A stretch of 63,727 nucleotides of DNA, the filler included, from Thraustochytrium aureum (lineage: Eukaryota), in NCBI GenBank assembly GCA_012862495.1. It is 5 parts of 4 records of this genome, joined end to end, with 100 filler letters (N's around TTAATTAATTAA, not from the genome) between each part and the next. Parts side by side here need not be neighbours in the genome. Positions count along the whole stretch, not along the records: positions 21,414 to 44,002 come from BLSG01000178.1; 4 more parts are not named here. The stretch is one strand, 5' to 3'. The position numbers and the translations under genes were made by a program. The notes beneath the pieces are model-generated. The model had not been told where the DNA came from. It worked only from the letters and a program-made list of their open reading frames with translations, and did no database searches. Below are positions 30,893-43,076 of this stretch, one piece after another (within the stretch, counting starts at the first letter, position 1; every line of letters starts with the position of its first letter).

Positions 30893-32862
30893 CATCTGCC
30901 AGGTCATTGGCAAAACGTCGAGCGACAAGGATCGATCGATTGCCATCATTCATGCATCACACGCCGCCGCATCTCGCAGCCGCACGCCCTGCCACTCACA
31001 TTCGGTCTGCATTTTTTGTGGCACAGACCAGCAGAAAACGACGAAACCCGCCTTGAAGCAGCTGCTGGCGAGGAGAGAGACTGCTGGCTCAAGCCGGCCA
31101 GGCCAACCTGTTCGTGAGAGCACATCCGCTCCTGGGTGCCTGACAGCAAGCAGGTGGCGGCCACAGCCAGTGAGTCATCGGCTTACTTTCCAACCAGCCT
31201 CAGGACGCGACGGACATCATCGATCGCTCACGCACCGCCGGGAAGACAGACGGACGGACGCACTCCCTCCGCGTCCGTATCTGACGCATGACTCCGCCTC
31301 CCGAGAGCGATTACACGAGAAACCGCAACCCAGACGCAGAGCGAGAAGAATCACCCAACTCTTGATCGCTGGCGCGAGCCGGCCGTCACCCGTGTCGGCC
31401 ACGTAGCACCATGCCCCACGGACCATCCACGCGCGCGGCTCTGGCCTCCAGCACTACCTACAGCCTACCCTTATCACCCGTGAATGTCGCTAAACGCGCC
31501 GGCTGCCCCCTACGAGAGCACCCAACACACCACGCGACCTGAGGCCCCAAAAGGAGATTCGTCAACTTGATTGAAACGAACGAATAGGAAGCAATTTTCC
31601 CCTTTTCAATTTGAAAAGTGCACAAACGTTTTTTGACGATCGATCTTTTGGGATAGCTCCACACACAGAAGAACAAAAGGAACTCGGTGAGGGGCAGCAA
31701 AGGGAAGAAGGGGGACCCCCTGGGGCGCAGGCAGGGAGGCGTGTGAGGCGGGGGAACCTACAGAGGCGGCTGCCTCTACGGCTCTCGGACACGGAATCTG
31801 TTGAGAGAAGTGCTGGCACTGCACTGGGTCTGTGGATAGAGCCTTGTGACTTTCTACAGGAGATTTCGGTTCAAGAAGATTGAGCCAATAGTATGAGACC
31901 TGGGGGTCCGAGCGCACTCCAGTGTGTGAAAGTGGGTAGATAGTAGACCCGGTGTAGGCTTCGACGGACGTTGCTGAAAGCCAGTCCGCCCTTTAAGAAC
32001 CCGTGTCCGGTTTCTGGCCAGCCGCGCATCAAATAGCGCCCTACCGTACCGAACGCAGCGGCTGAATCCCGTAAGCCTCCTGTCCCTAAAAGGTGATGTT
32101 TTTACACCTAAAAGATCTGCAGCAGGGGACGCCCTCCGCAAACCAGACACAGCGCACCTCGGAGGAACAAAGGAACACGAGAGCGCCGGTGAACAAAAGA
32201 GCGATCGATCGAATCGGAACGGATAGCCGGTAGATCCGTTTCGTCCACAAGACGCGGCGCGGGCCGCGTCCACCATGTTCGAGCTCGCAGCCGGCCGTAA
32301 AGCTCTTCTCTCTGGAGTCCGTAGCTCTGCCTGACTGGGCGACAAGGCGCTGTTGGATCTGGCGACCTGCGAGTGAGGGCGGCGGCCCGGGCCAATTTGT
32401 TTTCTTCTGGCCACCGCTTGGGTTTTGCGCGTCAATGACGTGCTCCAGCGCCTCTCGGCATCGCGCCTTCCAACAGGAGGTATCGTAAGTAGCGCGAGCT
32501 GTTCTGCAGGGAAGATTTACTGGCTTGGCCTGCGTTGGCTTGGCCGAAATTGTTCGGTCTTCAGCTCGGGGTTGAGGAACGCACGCTTTTGGCTTGATTG
32601 CCCGATGGTTTGGAGTGACGCTCTGTGGCGCGGACCCCCTCGCGTCGCGTTTATGTCTCCAGCTCTCCACTCTAGCTACTAGAGCTTTCTCCTCGCTACT
32701 AGAGCTAGCTAGGGAGCTCTCTTGCTCAAGCAGAGAGAGCGCGCTGCGCGTTGTCCGACCAGCCGGGACGGGAAAAGGTGTCAGGCCCCTTCGCGCTGGT
32801 CGTCCGCACAAAGCTGCGAGGCAAGGCTGGCAAGCAGGCGCGACGCCCGCGAGCACCGCGAC

Positions 32863-35800
32863 ATGAGGCCTGCGGCAGCGGGACAAAGTGCGCGGCGGCC
32901 GCCACAAGGCGGAGCGAGTGCGAGAAGAGTCTTAAAGTACAAGGTCGAGGACGTCAGCCTGACCCACGACGTTTGCAAAATTGAGCGCATCGTGCGCGAG
33001 GAATACAATGTGCGTATTCTGGCGCTGATCAACAACGGGCTGACAGACAACGAACTAGCCCAGCTCAAGCCTGCGACCCTGGTGACAAGCCTCGACAAAC
33101 TCGTCCTGCGAGACCAGTGCCTTACTGACGCTGGCGTGGAGGCCATCGTACAGGCCTTAGTTATTGCCGATGGCACCGCCACGCTGCAGGAGCTTGATCT
33201 ACGTGGCAATACAGAGCTGACCACGCGCAGCGCGCTGGCCCTCGGCACCTGGGCGACAGAGTCCGGCGACCGAGCCTTCCAAGTTCGCTTCAGCACCGCG
33301 TGGGTCCAGCGACCACGCAAGCTGATGAGCAACCTCAAGCTGGGCCCGAATGACATTGCGTTCTTGTCGCCCGCCCTAAAGTCCGCTGTAAGGCTTCGGT
33401 CGCTCAACTTGAGCCGGAACGAGCTGGGCTCGCGAGGCGCAACTATACTGGCCAGAGCATTGCGAAGTAACAGCACCCTCGAGGACCTCGACCTGCACAC
33501 CAACTCGATCGGCAAGCAGGGGTGGAAGGCGCTCTACGAGATGCTCCGCTCCAACACGAGTCTCCTCATAGTCAACTTGCGCAGCAACCCGTTTCGCGTT
33601 CCGGCCTCATTTGGCGCGACCATCAAACAAGACGCCAAAGTCCGCTGGCCTGTCCTTAGCAACCTAGAGCTCCTCTTAGACCAAGGCTCGTGGCACCGCT
33701 CAGAGTGGCACGGCTCCTTTACCAAGCCTCGTAAACCAGCGCATCGGGCGCCGCGGCGGGAAGATCGCTCGGAGCGCGCATCTCGCGGGCGTGGTCCTGG
33801 CAAAACCGGGGCCAACGGCGCGCCGCTCGGCTCGCCGCGCTTTCGGCAAAAACTGCAAGACATGAAGCGCCTGTACGTCTTTGACGAGGACTTTCTGCGG
33901 TCCTGCCTCTCGCACGCCAACAACCTGCACGACAGCAAGTCAGACCATGCAGAATCCAAACTGGACGCCCACACTTCAAGTCCTCTCTGCGAGTCTGAAA
34001 CAAGATCGCACGCCTCAAACGGGCCCGGTCATGCTGCCATAGAGTGCGCGTCACCAATGGGTGCGGAATCGCCTGCCAAACTTGGCGCCCAGGNNNNNNN
34101 NNNNNNNNNNNNNNNNNNNNNNNNNNNNNNNNNNNNNNNNNNNNNNNNNNNNNNNNNNNNNNNNNNNNNNNNNNNNNNNNNNNNNNNNNNNNNNNNNNNN
34201 NNNNNNNNNNNNNNNNNNNNNNNNNNNNNNNNNNNNNNNNNNNNNNNNNNNNNNNNNNNNNNNNNNNNNNNNNNNNNNNNNNNNNNNNNNNNNNNNNNNC
34301 ACAAGCAGAGCCAGCAAAAATTCCTCCAGGGAAAGAGACAACCGCCGCCGACGCAACAGAGCCTGGCAAAAACGACCCTGCCGAGAAAGCCGCCGAAAGT
34401 GACCGTGCCGGTTTCTGCGCGGTGTTTGTTGATCAACTCGTTCGAAACCATTCGGCAGTCGCGCGGGCCGTAGCCAAGCTCGAACGGCCGCACGAACGCC
34501 GCCGCGACAAGGCGGCGATCCAGGCGGCCACAAAGATCCAGAGCGTAGTGCGCAAGTATCTGACATGCATCAAGACGCTCATGATGATCAGCCTGCGCGC
34601 GCAGAAGAAAAGCGCGGAGGCTCAGCGGGCGGCTGCCAAGATCCAGCAATTGATGCGCCGCAAGACTGAGAACAAACTCAAGCTGCGCGCGGCGCATGCA
34701 AAACTGATCCAAAGCCACTTTCGACGTTTCGAAACACAACGCCGCTTTGTGGCAGTGGGCGGCAAACTAGCCAATGACCCCGTCCTAAAGAGCCGCGCCG
34801 CGATGACCATTGCACGGGTCACCGTAGTCGACGCCGCGTACAAGAGTGCTCGCGGCGTGTACGAGCTCGCTGGAACTGGGGCGGACACCTCCACAGCAAA
34901 GTACATACGCGACGACGGGTTGACGGGCGAGGTCTTTGTGCTGGAGAGAGCAGACCGCGTGTGGCGGATTGTCTGCAGCTCGGCTGGGGCGACCAATGCT
35001 TGCGCCAGAGTGCTCTACAGGAACGAAAAATATGGGTTTCACTTGCTGCCGCCCAAATCAGGCTGGCAGCACGCAGGCCCCGTCGATGCAAAGCTGGGCG
35101 AAGACGAAGCGCCCACGGTGGCGGCAGAAACAGGCCTCCCGCAAATCCTTTTGCACGAGGCAGAGTCGGACGTGGGCGTCGACGCTGACGACGCAGGCGC
35201 AGGTTTCCAGGCCAGAGATCAGTCGGAGCAGGTCACGATCCGAGTCGTTGACGCCGGAAGCGCCCTCGTAAACGGACTCTACACGCTCGTCCAGGGCACG
35301 CCCGACACGTGCGAGACAGCCGTGTACGAAAAGTACGACTGGAAGCGCAAAATGCGCTTTCTCCTAAGGCGTGTCGAAATGGTCCAGGGCAAGCTGCTTT
35401 GGGTGCTATGCGGCGTGGAAGACCGGGTGCCGGACCAGCCAGCTCGCCCAGTTCAAGTTTTCTACGTCAACGCGGCAGGCGGGGCATGTGCCGAGCCGCC
35501 AGACTCCAACAGCAACCATATGTGGACGCGGGGCGAGCACGGCGTCTTGCCCTCGCCGATACTCATCTGGCAGGACGCAGCTCACCGCAAGAGGCAAAAG
35601 CAGCATCTGACGACGGTGCTGCAGTCACGCCACGCGCCACCATCGCGGTGCGGGGGTCGTATCGCACCGACAAGTCACTAGTCGAGGCTGGCGAAGCAGC
35701 CGGCAGCGACCTCGCGCAGGAGGCCGCGTCAAAGATCCAACGTTGCTACAGGGCATACGTGCTCCTCAACTTGACGCGCGGCGTTTTCACGCTCAAGCAG

Positions 35801-36565
35801 CTCACCCGTGTCACCTCGGTGCACATTGCCGCTTGTGGCTTTGGGCCTGCCGCAGGTGAATACACGTGCACGGGAACCTCGCGGACCGACCGAAGCGCAA
35901 CACCGACCATGGCGTACATGAAGGAGTCTCCGACGGGCGACGGGATGTTCGTCTTGGAGCGCATCCGCGCCGGGACAACTTGGGCCGTGCTCCACGTGCG
36001 CGGCATTGGGCCCCCTGACATCATCTACTTTAACAAGGAGCAGGGCTTCTCCTTGTACCCGCCCAAGCATGGCTGGCGGACGAGCAATCGGCTGTACAGC
36101 CCGAGCCCGGAACTCAAGTGGGGAATTGACGGCGAGCAAGCGGGCGGTAACCGCAAGCTCTCCATCTCGAGTGAACCGAGTCTCGACGGCCCAATGAATC
36201 AGCAAGCGCTCAAAGTCGCCCATGCTGTCAAGAACAGGTTCCGCCCAGCCGTGCTTGTCACGGACTCGGGCTCACTAGCCGTGCATGGTCGGTTCGAGGA
36301 AAGAGGCTGGTCGGATTCGGTGCCCGCTTTCGTCTCAAACCGGGACCCGTCGATCCACGTCCGCCGCGTTCTCAACGGGGCGTTCAAGTTGTGGGTCATC
36401 GTCCGCATCGTTGCCAACCAGGACGAGCCGAACATCATCTACTACTTTAATGTCGAAAACGGCGGTGACGACACGCCCCCGCTCGACGGCTGGCGCAAGC
36501 ACGCGGGCGCCGACCCGGCGCCACTTGTTGTCATGCAGGAGCCCTGCTTGCGCGCCGCTCCGTAG
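32863..36565 (+). CDS. RI-type leucine-rich repeat protein continuing (probably one gene across gap 34094-34299) into IQ motifs and four copies of an unnamed ~100-aa domain; frameshift ~35580-35670
   Basis: LRRs: LQELDLRGN, LRSLNLSRNELG, LEDLDLHTNSIG. IQs: ATKIQSVVRKY, AAKIQQLMRRK, AKLIQSHFRRF, ASKIQRCYRAY. Repeats of VxxAG..xG.Y...W...YxN...PP..GW...P.P. Confidence 0.7.
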
Positions 36566-36716
36566 CTGTGTACTTCTAAGAGACCCGCGTAACGTGAGGC
36601 AACCAAAAACCATGAGCATTCGCAGCTATTCGGAGCCAACTTGAATGGCTGCGCAAGCAGGCTGGCTGCGCGAGCGCATGCCCAACCCACGTCCATGCCC
36701 TTGCCTTGCCATCCCA

Positions 36717-37101
36717 TACATCATCACGAGCAAGGCGAAGCTTGACGAGCAGGACGTCACTTTGATGGTTTGTGATGGGTTTGTGATGGGTTTGTGCTGT
36801 CAGTAGAAGAAGCACACTGGATGGTCGCCATTGTGCAGAGTGTGTTGCCAAGTGGAAGCACGTCGAACCACTCCAGACCCAACTCGAGCGTCCTTGTCCC
36901 ATAGGCCTACATCATCACGAGCGAGGTAAGCTTGACGTGACGTCACATTGATCGAAGTTTGTGATGGGTTTGTGGTGCTGACGTTCACGTTCATGACTAG
37001 AAGAAGCACACTGGATGGGTGCCAGCACACTGGATGCCATTGTGCAGAGTGTGTTGCCAAGTGGAAGCACGTCAGAGCGCTCCGGACCCAACTCGAGCGT
37101 C
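36717..37101. repeat. Diverged ~190-bp tandem duplication (non-coding)
   Basis: Copies at ~36717-36892 and ~36908-37101 share TACATCATCACGAGC, TTTGTGATGGGTTTGTG, TAGAAGAAGCACACTGGATGG, GCCATTGTGCAGAGTGTGTTGCCAAGTGGAAGCACGTC and GACCCAACTCGAGCGTC. Confidence 0.9.
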
Positions 37102-37545
37102 ATTGTTTCAGTGCACCATTTCAGGAGTTGTGGCAGCTGCTCTGAAGAGGGGGGCCCATTTGGGGCATCTGCGGTAGAGTACTACACATCGCACAAAACA
37201 ACTGCAAAGGCTGAGGAGGCTGCCTGCCTGTCCCTCACCGACCAACCTGGGGCGGGCAAGCCGTCCTCTGGCTTGCGCTCCGCCCCGGCCAACCGCCCTC
37301 TGCATGCTGCGCAGTGGACGAGAAGAAACTGTCTGAAAAAGGGAGCGGTGCATCACAGGCGCAACAATGGGTGAGCGCATGCGCGGCGCAGGCTCTAGCT
37401 AGAGAGGCTGCCTTCGCATCGCGTTGATTGAAATGGACTGACTGCTGGTGGCAACCACGCAAACCCGAATCATCGACTCGCCAGACATCAGGCATCGAGC
37501 GAGTGCACAAGACGTTGAGCTTACACCGCGCAAGCCTTGGGCAGG

Positions 37546-38722
37546 ATGCTGACCCCGGACGCCGACGCCGTCGGGTTGGAGTCTATCATTTCGGACGATG
37601 CCACGGTGCCCCATGCAACGCAGGCGAAGCTGGAGGAAAAACTCGGCGCTGTGAGCATGGCCGCAGACCTCGAGGAAGCCGGCAAGCCTGTGGCAAGCAC
37701 AGTCAAGGCCGTCACGCTATCGTGGCATGGGCTGCAGTTCAAGGTACGTGACCGCAAGTCGGGCAAAGAGAAAGTGATCTTGCACCCCTCGTCTGGCGTG
37801 GTCGCCCCCGGGCAGGTGCTCGCCGTGATGGGCCCGAGCGGGTCCGGCAAGACGTCGTTGTGCGACATCCTCGCGGGGCGCATCACAGCCAGCAAAACGG
37901 AGGGCGAAGTGCTGCTCAACGGCGTCAACCTGTCGCAACGCAAAAAGAAGCAGCTCATGTCGTACGTCGCGCAGGAAGACACGCTGATGGGCCAGTTCAC
38001 GGTGCACGAGACGCTTGTCTTGGCCGCGCGGTTCGTGTACGGCTACTCGTGCGAGCGGGCCTGGTTCGAGGCGCGCGTGCAGGAGGCGGTGGACCGCATG
38101 GGTCTCACCTCGTGCCGTGACACGCTGGTGGGTGACATCTTCCGCAAGGGGATCAGCGGCGGGCAGAAGCGGCGGCTCTCGATTGCGGTCGAGCTTATCT
38201 CGCGGCCCTCGATCCTGGTGCTGGATGAGCCCACGAGCGGGCTTGACTCGGCGTCGGCTTATGCCGTTCTGCGCCTGCTGCGCGACCTCGCCGCTGGCTC
38301 AGGCATGACCTTGGTCACCACTATCCACCAGCCCTCCTCCGAGGTGTGGGCCATGTTTGACCGCTTCCTCATGCTCAGCCTGGGCCGCACCATGTACTTT
38401 GGCACGGCCGCGGGAGCCGTGCCCTACTTTGCTGGCTTGGGCTACGTGTGCCCGCAGTTTTCCAACCCGGCCGACTTTCTCGTCTCTTTGGTCAACTCTG
38501 ACTTTGTCGACCTCGAGCAGAAGGCGGACCCCGAGGAGCTCGCGCGCCAGTACTTGGCCAGCGAGCTCTGCCGCGTTGCCCTGGCGGATGCGGAGGGCGC
38601 TCGCCTGCGCGATCACAGCGACGCGGCTGAGGCCGAGACTGACGCGCACGTCAAGAAGTGGGCTTTCTGCGCCGACCTCTGGACGCTTTCGCGGCGCAAC
38701 CTGCTCAACAACGCGCGCAACC
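37546..38722 (+). CDS. ABCG (White-type) half transporter, NBD part; TMD lies in the gap
   Basis: GPSGSGKT Walker A, YVAQED Q-loop, ISGGQKRR signature, LVLDEPTSGLD, TIHQP, CPQFSNPADF. Confidence 0.95.
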
Positions 38723-39967
38723 NNNNNNNNNNNNNNNNNNNNNNNNNNNNNNNNNNNNNNNNNNNNNNNNNNNNNNNNNNNNNNNNNNNNNNNNNNNNNN
38801 NNNNNNNNNNNNNNNNNNNNNNNNNNNNNNNNNNNNNNNNNNNNNNNNNNNNNNNNNNNNNNNNNNNNNNNNNNNNNNNNNNNNNNNNNNNNNNNNNNNN
38901 NNNNNNNNNNNNNNNNNNNNNNNNNNNNNNNNNNNNNNNNNNNNNNNNNNNNNNNNNNNNNNNNNNNNNNNNNNNNNNNNNNNNNNNNNNNNNNNNNNNN
39001 NNNNNNNNNNNNNNNNNNNNNNNNNNNNNNNNNNNNNNNNNNNNNNNNNNNNNNNNNNNNNNNNNNNNNNNNNNNNNNNNNNNNNNNNNNNNNNNNNNNN
39101 NNNNNNNNNNNNNNNNNNNNNNNNNNNNNNNNNNNNNNNNNNNNNNNNNNNNNNNNNNNNNNNNNNNNNNNNNNNNNNNNNNNNNNNNNNNNNNNNNNNN
39201 NNNNNNNNNNNNNNNNNNNNNNNNNNNNNNNNNNNNNNNNNNNNNNNNNNNNNNNNNNNNNNNNNNNNNNNNNNNNNNNNNNNNNNNNNNNNNNNNNNNN
39301 NNNNNNNNNNNNNNNNNNNNNNNNNNNNNNNNNNNNNNNNNNNNNNNNNNNNNNNNNNNNNNNNNNNNNNNNNNNNNNNNNNCATTCCTGCGCGCAACGG
39401 CGTGGCAGACAGACCCCAACTTGAAGTGCACAAAGCACGGAAAACCTCGTTGATTGGACGCTCGTTCTGCCTTTTGAACCTGTTCGGCTCGGTTGCGCCA
39501 CCGCCACAGCGCTCGCTTTGGCCGCCCGTGATGCGGTCCCATGATGGTGGTGACGGTTTTCGCCATCCCAATGATCTCATGGTACTCTAGAGTACTTCGA
39601 GTACCAGGCTTACTCTGCTGTGAGCGGGCACCACAGAGCCAGCCAAAGTCTTGACCAACAACAACTGGCCGTGTGCGTGCGGGGCTAGCGCCGTCCTGCG
39701 GGGCACTCTCCCGGCCATCTCGAGCAGTCCCGAAGTGATTTAGTTTGCGTTTTAGTTTATCCGTTGTCCCTGAAAAGTGCGAAATTGTGCGGCGTACACC
39801 ATCGGTCCAGCGCGCACTTTCCTTCCATGTTCTGGCAGCAGTGCGAGAATCGTGGACGGTCGGTCGGCGCGTGGCGGGCTGCTGCGCTTGCGGCTGGCGG
39901 CGGGTTGTTGCGCCGCGGGGCTGTCTCAGACGCGCTCGAGGGGCTTTCCCCGTCTGCGGCGGGCACG

Positions 39968-40573
39968 ATGGAGGACGCCAGTCAGGTGATGCAAATGATC
40001 GACGAGGTGAACCAGGCCGGCAAGAAGCGCGAGTTGCCCCAAGTGGGCAGCAGCGCGGAAAGCGTGGGTGATGTGGCGCCCGAGGCGCACAAGGTGGTGC
40101 GCAGGAAGACTGAATCCGAGACGCTTGTGGCTGTGCTCGCAGGGCTCCAGTTTGGCGTGGTCATCCTGATCGCGCAGCGGCGAATCCCAGTGGCGAACGG
40201 TACCGAGTTTTTTGTTGTGCTCTCGATGCTCATGATCACCGCGGCGCACGGCAAGATCACAGACTACTTGCCAGACGGCGAAAACATTCGGAGCGACTTT
40301 GACGCGCTAAAGTTTCTCGTGGTCGGCGTGCCGATATTCCTCTTCATGATCCTGATCGAGGTGTGGTTCATCGTCTACCTGTTCTCGTACGACCCCCTTG
40401 TCGAGCTGGAGGCGCTCAACGCCAACGCGAGGAGCATCCTGACGATTTGCAAGGTGCTGAGCATTCTCAAGGTCACCATGGTGGTCGCGCTCATCGTGGC
40501 GCCGCGGGTTCGCTCGCGCGTGGCCGCGAAGAAGTTCCGGGCGCGCTTTGGCAGTCTGTCGGCGACCAACTAG
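39968..40573 (+). CDS. Uncharacterised ~200-aa protein with about 4 TM helices
   Basis: Coding-like ORF with four hydrophobic segments. An alternative upstream ATG lies at 39827. Confidence 0.7.
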   Translation: MEDASQVMQMIDEVNQAGKKRELPQVGSSAESVGDVAPEAHKVVRRKTESETLVAVLAGLQFGVVILIAQRRIPVANGTEFFVVLSMLMITAAHGKITDYLPDGENIRSDFDALKFLVVGVPIFLFMILIEVWFIVYLFSYDPLVELEALNANARSILTICKVLSILKVTMVVALIVAPRVRSRVAAKKFRARFGSLSATN

Positions 40574-40636
40574 CAAGTGCGCGGCCAAGGCCGAGGCCGC
40601 CTGGGGCGGCGCAGCGACTCTTCTAGCCGGAGCGCC

Positions 40637-40693
40637 CGCGCCCTGCTCCGGCCCCGCGCCCTGCTCCGGCCCCGCGCCCTGCTCCGGCCCCGC
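40637..40693. repeat. 18-bp tandem repeat CCGCGCCCTGCTCCGGCC x3
   Basis: Directly visible between convergent genes. Confidence 0.85.
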
Positions 40694-40895
40694 TCCCTTT
40701 CTCCTTTCCCTTTGACCTTGACCAAAACCAGTTTGCTTGGTACTCTACTCTATCCTCTGCACGCTCTTCAACGATTTGTTCGCAGTCAACAGGGCCAGGG
40801 CCAGGGCCTGGGCTCGGCAACCCCCCAGGAAGAGCCAGGCCGCAAAGGTCAGAGGAGCGCAAAGCTTGGTGGGCAGCGGCAACGCCTTCCTCGGA

Positions 40896-41624
40896 TCACC
40901 TGCGCGTCAAGCGCAGCCACGCCCGCCGCATAAGCGACCAGGCCATCCCTGGCGGCAAATTTCGCACAAACACTATCGCAAAGAGGCCCAGGAAGCGGAC
41001 TGCGCCGCCCACAAGTCCTGGGAAGCGCAGCAAGACAGCGAGCGGCAGCAGAGTCGACAAAATGAGCCCCTTGCGCTCCTTCGCAAACTCCCACGCAAAG
41101 CTAAAGTCGCCGTGCTGGGCGGCCTCGAGCGCGGTTGACGCTTCGCTCCGCACCGTGTCGACATACTCGCGCAAGCCCAAATCCTGCCACACTTTTTGAA
41201 ACACCTGCTGAGCAAAGTCGTCCGTTGCTGTGGACGCGTATGCGCTGCTCTGGCTCTCGTTAAAGTGATGCTGGTTGTCGTGCTGCCCAGTCATGTCGTA
41301 CGTGTGCCGCTTCGACTCGTTCCCAAGGACCTCATAGGCGGCTGCGATCTGATGGAATTTGACGCGCGCGCGGGGGTTATCCGGGTTGAGGTCTGGGTGG
41401 TACTTCTTCGCGAGCCTAAAGTACGCCTTTTTGATCTCCGTTTGGCTCGCTGAGCGATCGACCTCCAGGATACTGTACAAGTCGTCCTCGCTTGCCGCGC
41501 CGGAAAAAAAACCGCGTGCCTGGGCATGTCGCGAGCGTAGAGCGGGGCCGTGGTCTCGCGTTGCGGCAGCGAGATCGCTCCCTCGCAGGGCCAAGCCCAC
41601 GAAAGGACAAAGTCGTTGCCCAAG
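40896..41624 (-). CDS. J-domain protein with C-terminal hydrophobic segment, possibly mitochondrial; 5' end in the gap
   Basis: [33 protein letters not shown]...AYEVLG...YD, preceded by an Arg/Ala-rich segment. Confidence 0.9.
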   Translation of the reverse strand, partial: LGQRLCPFVGLALRGSDLAAATRDHGPALRSRHAQARGFFSGAASEDDLYSILEVDRSASQTEIKKAYFRLAKKYHPDLNPDNPRARVKFHQIAAAYEVLGNESKRHTYDMTGQHDNQHHFNESQSSAYASTATDDFAQQVFQKVWQDLGLREYVDTVRSEASTALEAAQHGDFSFAWEFAKERKGLILSTLLPLAVLLRFPGLVGGAVRFLGLFAIVFVRNLPPGMAWSLMRRAWLRLTRR

Positions 41625-43076
41625 NNNNNNNNNNNNNNNNNNNNNNNNNNNNNNNNNNNNNNNNNNNNNNNNNNNNNNNNNNNNNNNNNNNNNNNNNNNN
41701 NNNNNNNNNNNNNNNNNNNNNNNNNNNNNNNNNNNNNNNNNNNNNNNNNNNNNNNNNNNNNNNNNNNNNNNNNNNNNNNNNNNNNNNNNNNNNNNNNNNN
41801 NNNNNNNNNNNNNNNNNNNNNNNNNNNNNNNNNNNNNNNNNNNNNNNNNNNNNNNNNNNNNNNNNNNNNNNNNNNNNNNNNNNNNNNNNNNNNNNNNNNN
41901 NNNNNNNNNNNNNNNNNNNNNNNNNNNNNNNNNNNNNNNNNNNNNNNNNNNNNNNNNNNNNNNNNNNNNNNNNNNNNNNNNNNNNNNNNNNNNNNNNNNN
42001 NNNNNNNNNNNNNNNNNNNNNNNNNNNNNNNNNNNNNNNNNNNNNNNNNNNNNNNNNNNNNNNNNNNNNNNNNNNNNNNNNNNNNNNNNNNNNNNNNNNN
42101 NNNNNNNNNNNNNNNNNNNNNNNNNNNNNNNNNNNNNNNNNNNNNNNNNNNNNNNNNNNNNNNNNNNNNNNNNNNNNNNNNNNNNNNNNNNNNNNNNNNN
42201 NNNNNNNNNNNNNNNNNNNNNNNNNNNNNNNNNNNNNNNNNNNNNNNNNNNNNNNNNNNNNNNNNNNNNNNNNNNNNNNNNNNNNNNNNNNNNNNNNNNN
42301 NNNNNNNNNNNNNNNNNNNNNNNNNNNNNNNNNNNNNNNNNNNNNNNNNNNNNNNNNNNNNNNNNNNNNNNNNNNNNNNNNNNNNNNNNNNNNNNNNNNN
42401 NNNNNNNNNNNNNNNNNNNNNNNNNNNNNNNNNNNNNNNNNNNNNNNNNNNNNNNNNNNNNNNNNNNNNNNNNNNNNNNNNNNNNNNNNNNNNNNNNNNN
42501 NNNNNNNNNNNNNNNNNNNNNNNNNNNNNNNNNNTAAGTACTCTTTGCGAGACTCGGCCAGCAGCCAAGCCACCCTGGCGACCCGCCTTGCGTCGCGCGG
42601 GGTCTGCTTGCTGCTGGTGGCCTGGCCTCGCGGCCTTTGCCCTTGCTTTTCGTCCATCGACTCCCGCTTGCCCGTCCTTTTCGGTTGTCGCTGGTTGTGG
42701 TGTGTGCAGGGAACGGACGCCGCCAAGCGACGGCGTTGCGGAATTGTCGTCGTTGGACGGCGTCGCAGATTTTCGGGTTGCAACGGGGCGCTGGCCTTAT
42801 TGCGCAGGCTGCAGCTGGCCCTCCTTCACACTTGCTCAATCAACTTGAACTTTGTGAAGTCTACCTTTCTCTACCCTGCTTCTACTACGACTCAAGTACT
42901 CCGCCCGTCGTGGCGATTGCGTTGTGCTCGGCCGTCGCTGCCTCGCATTTGCGCTGGAAAATGAGCAACTGGCGCCGCGATGGGAAACCAAGCGCCACGA
43001 CGGCAGATCCCAAACTGAGCAGCGCGCGGCAACGCAGCGTTTCCCTGGAGTTTCTTTGTTGGCGCAGCGTGGGAAA

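Noticed and set aside
36717..37101. Possible CRISPR array (also considered for the repeats at 1075-1150, 3504-3563 and 21025-21262)
   Set aside because: No identical repeats separated by unique spacers of constant length, no cas genes, and a eukaryotic context.
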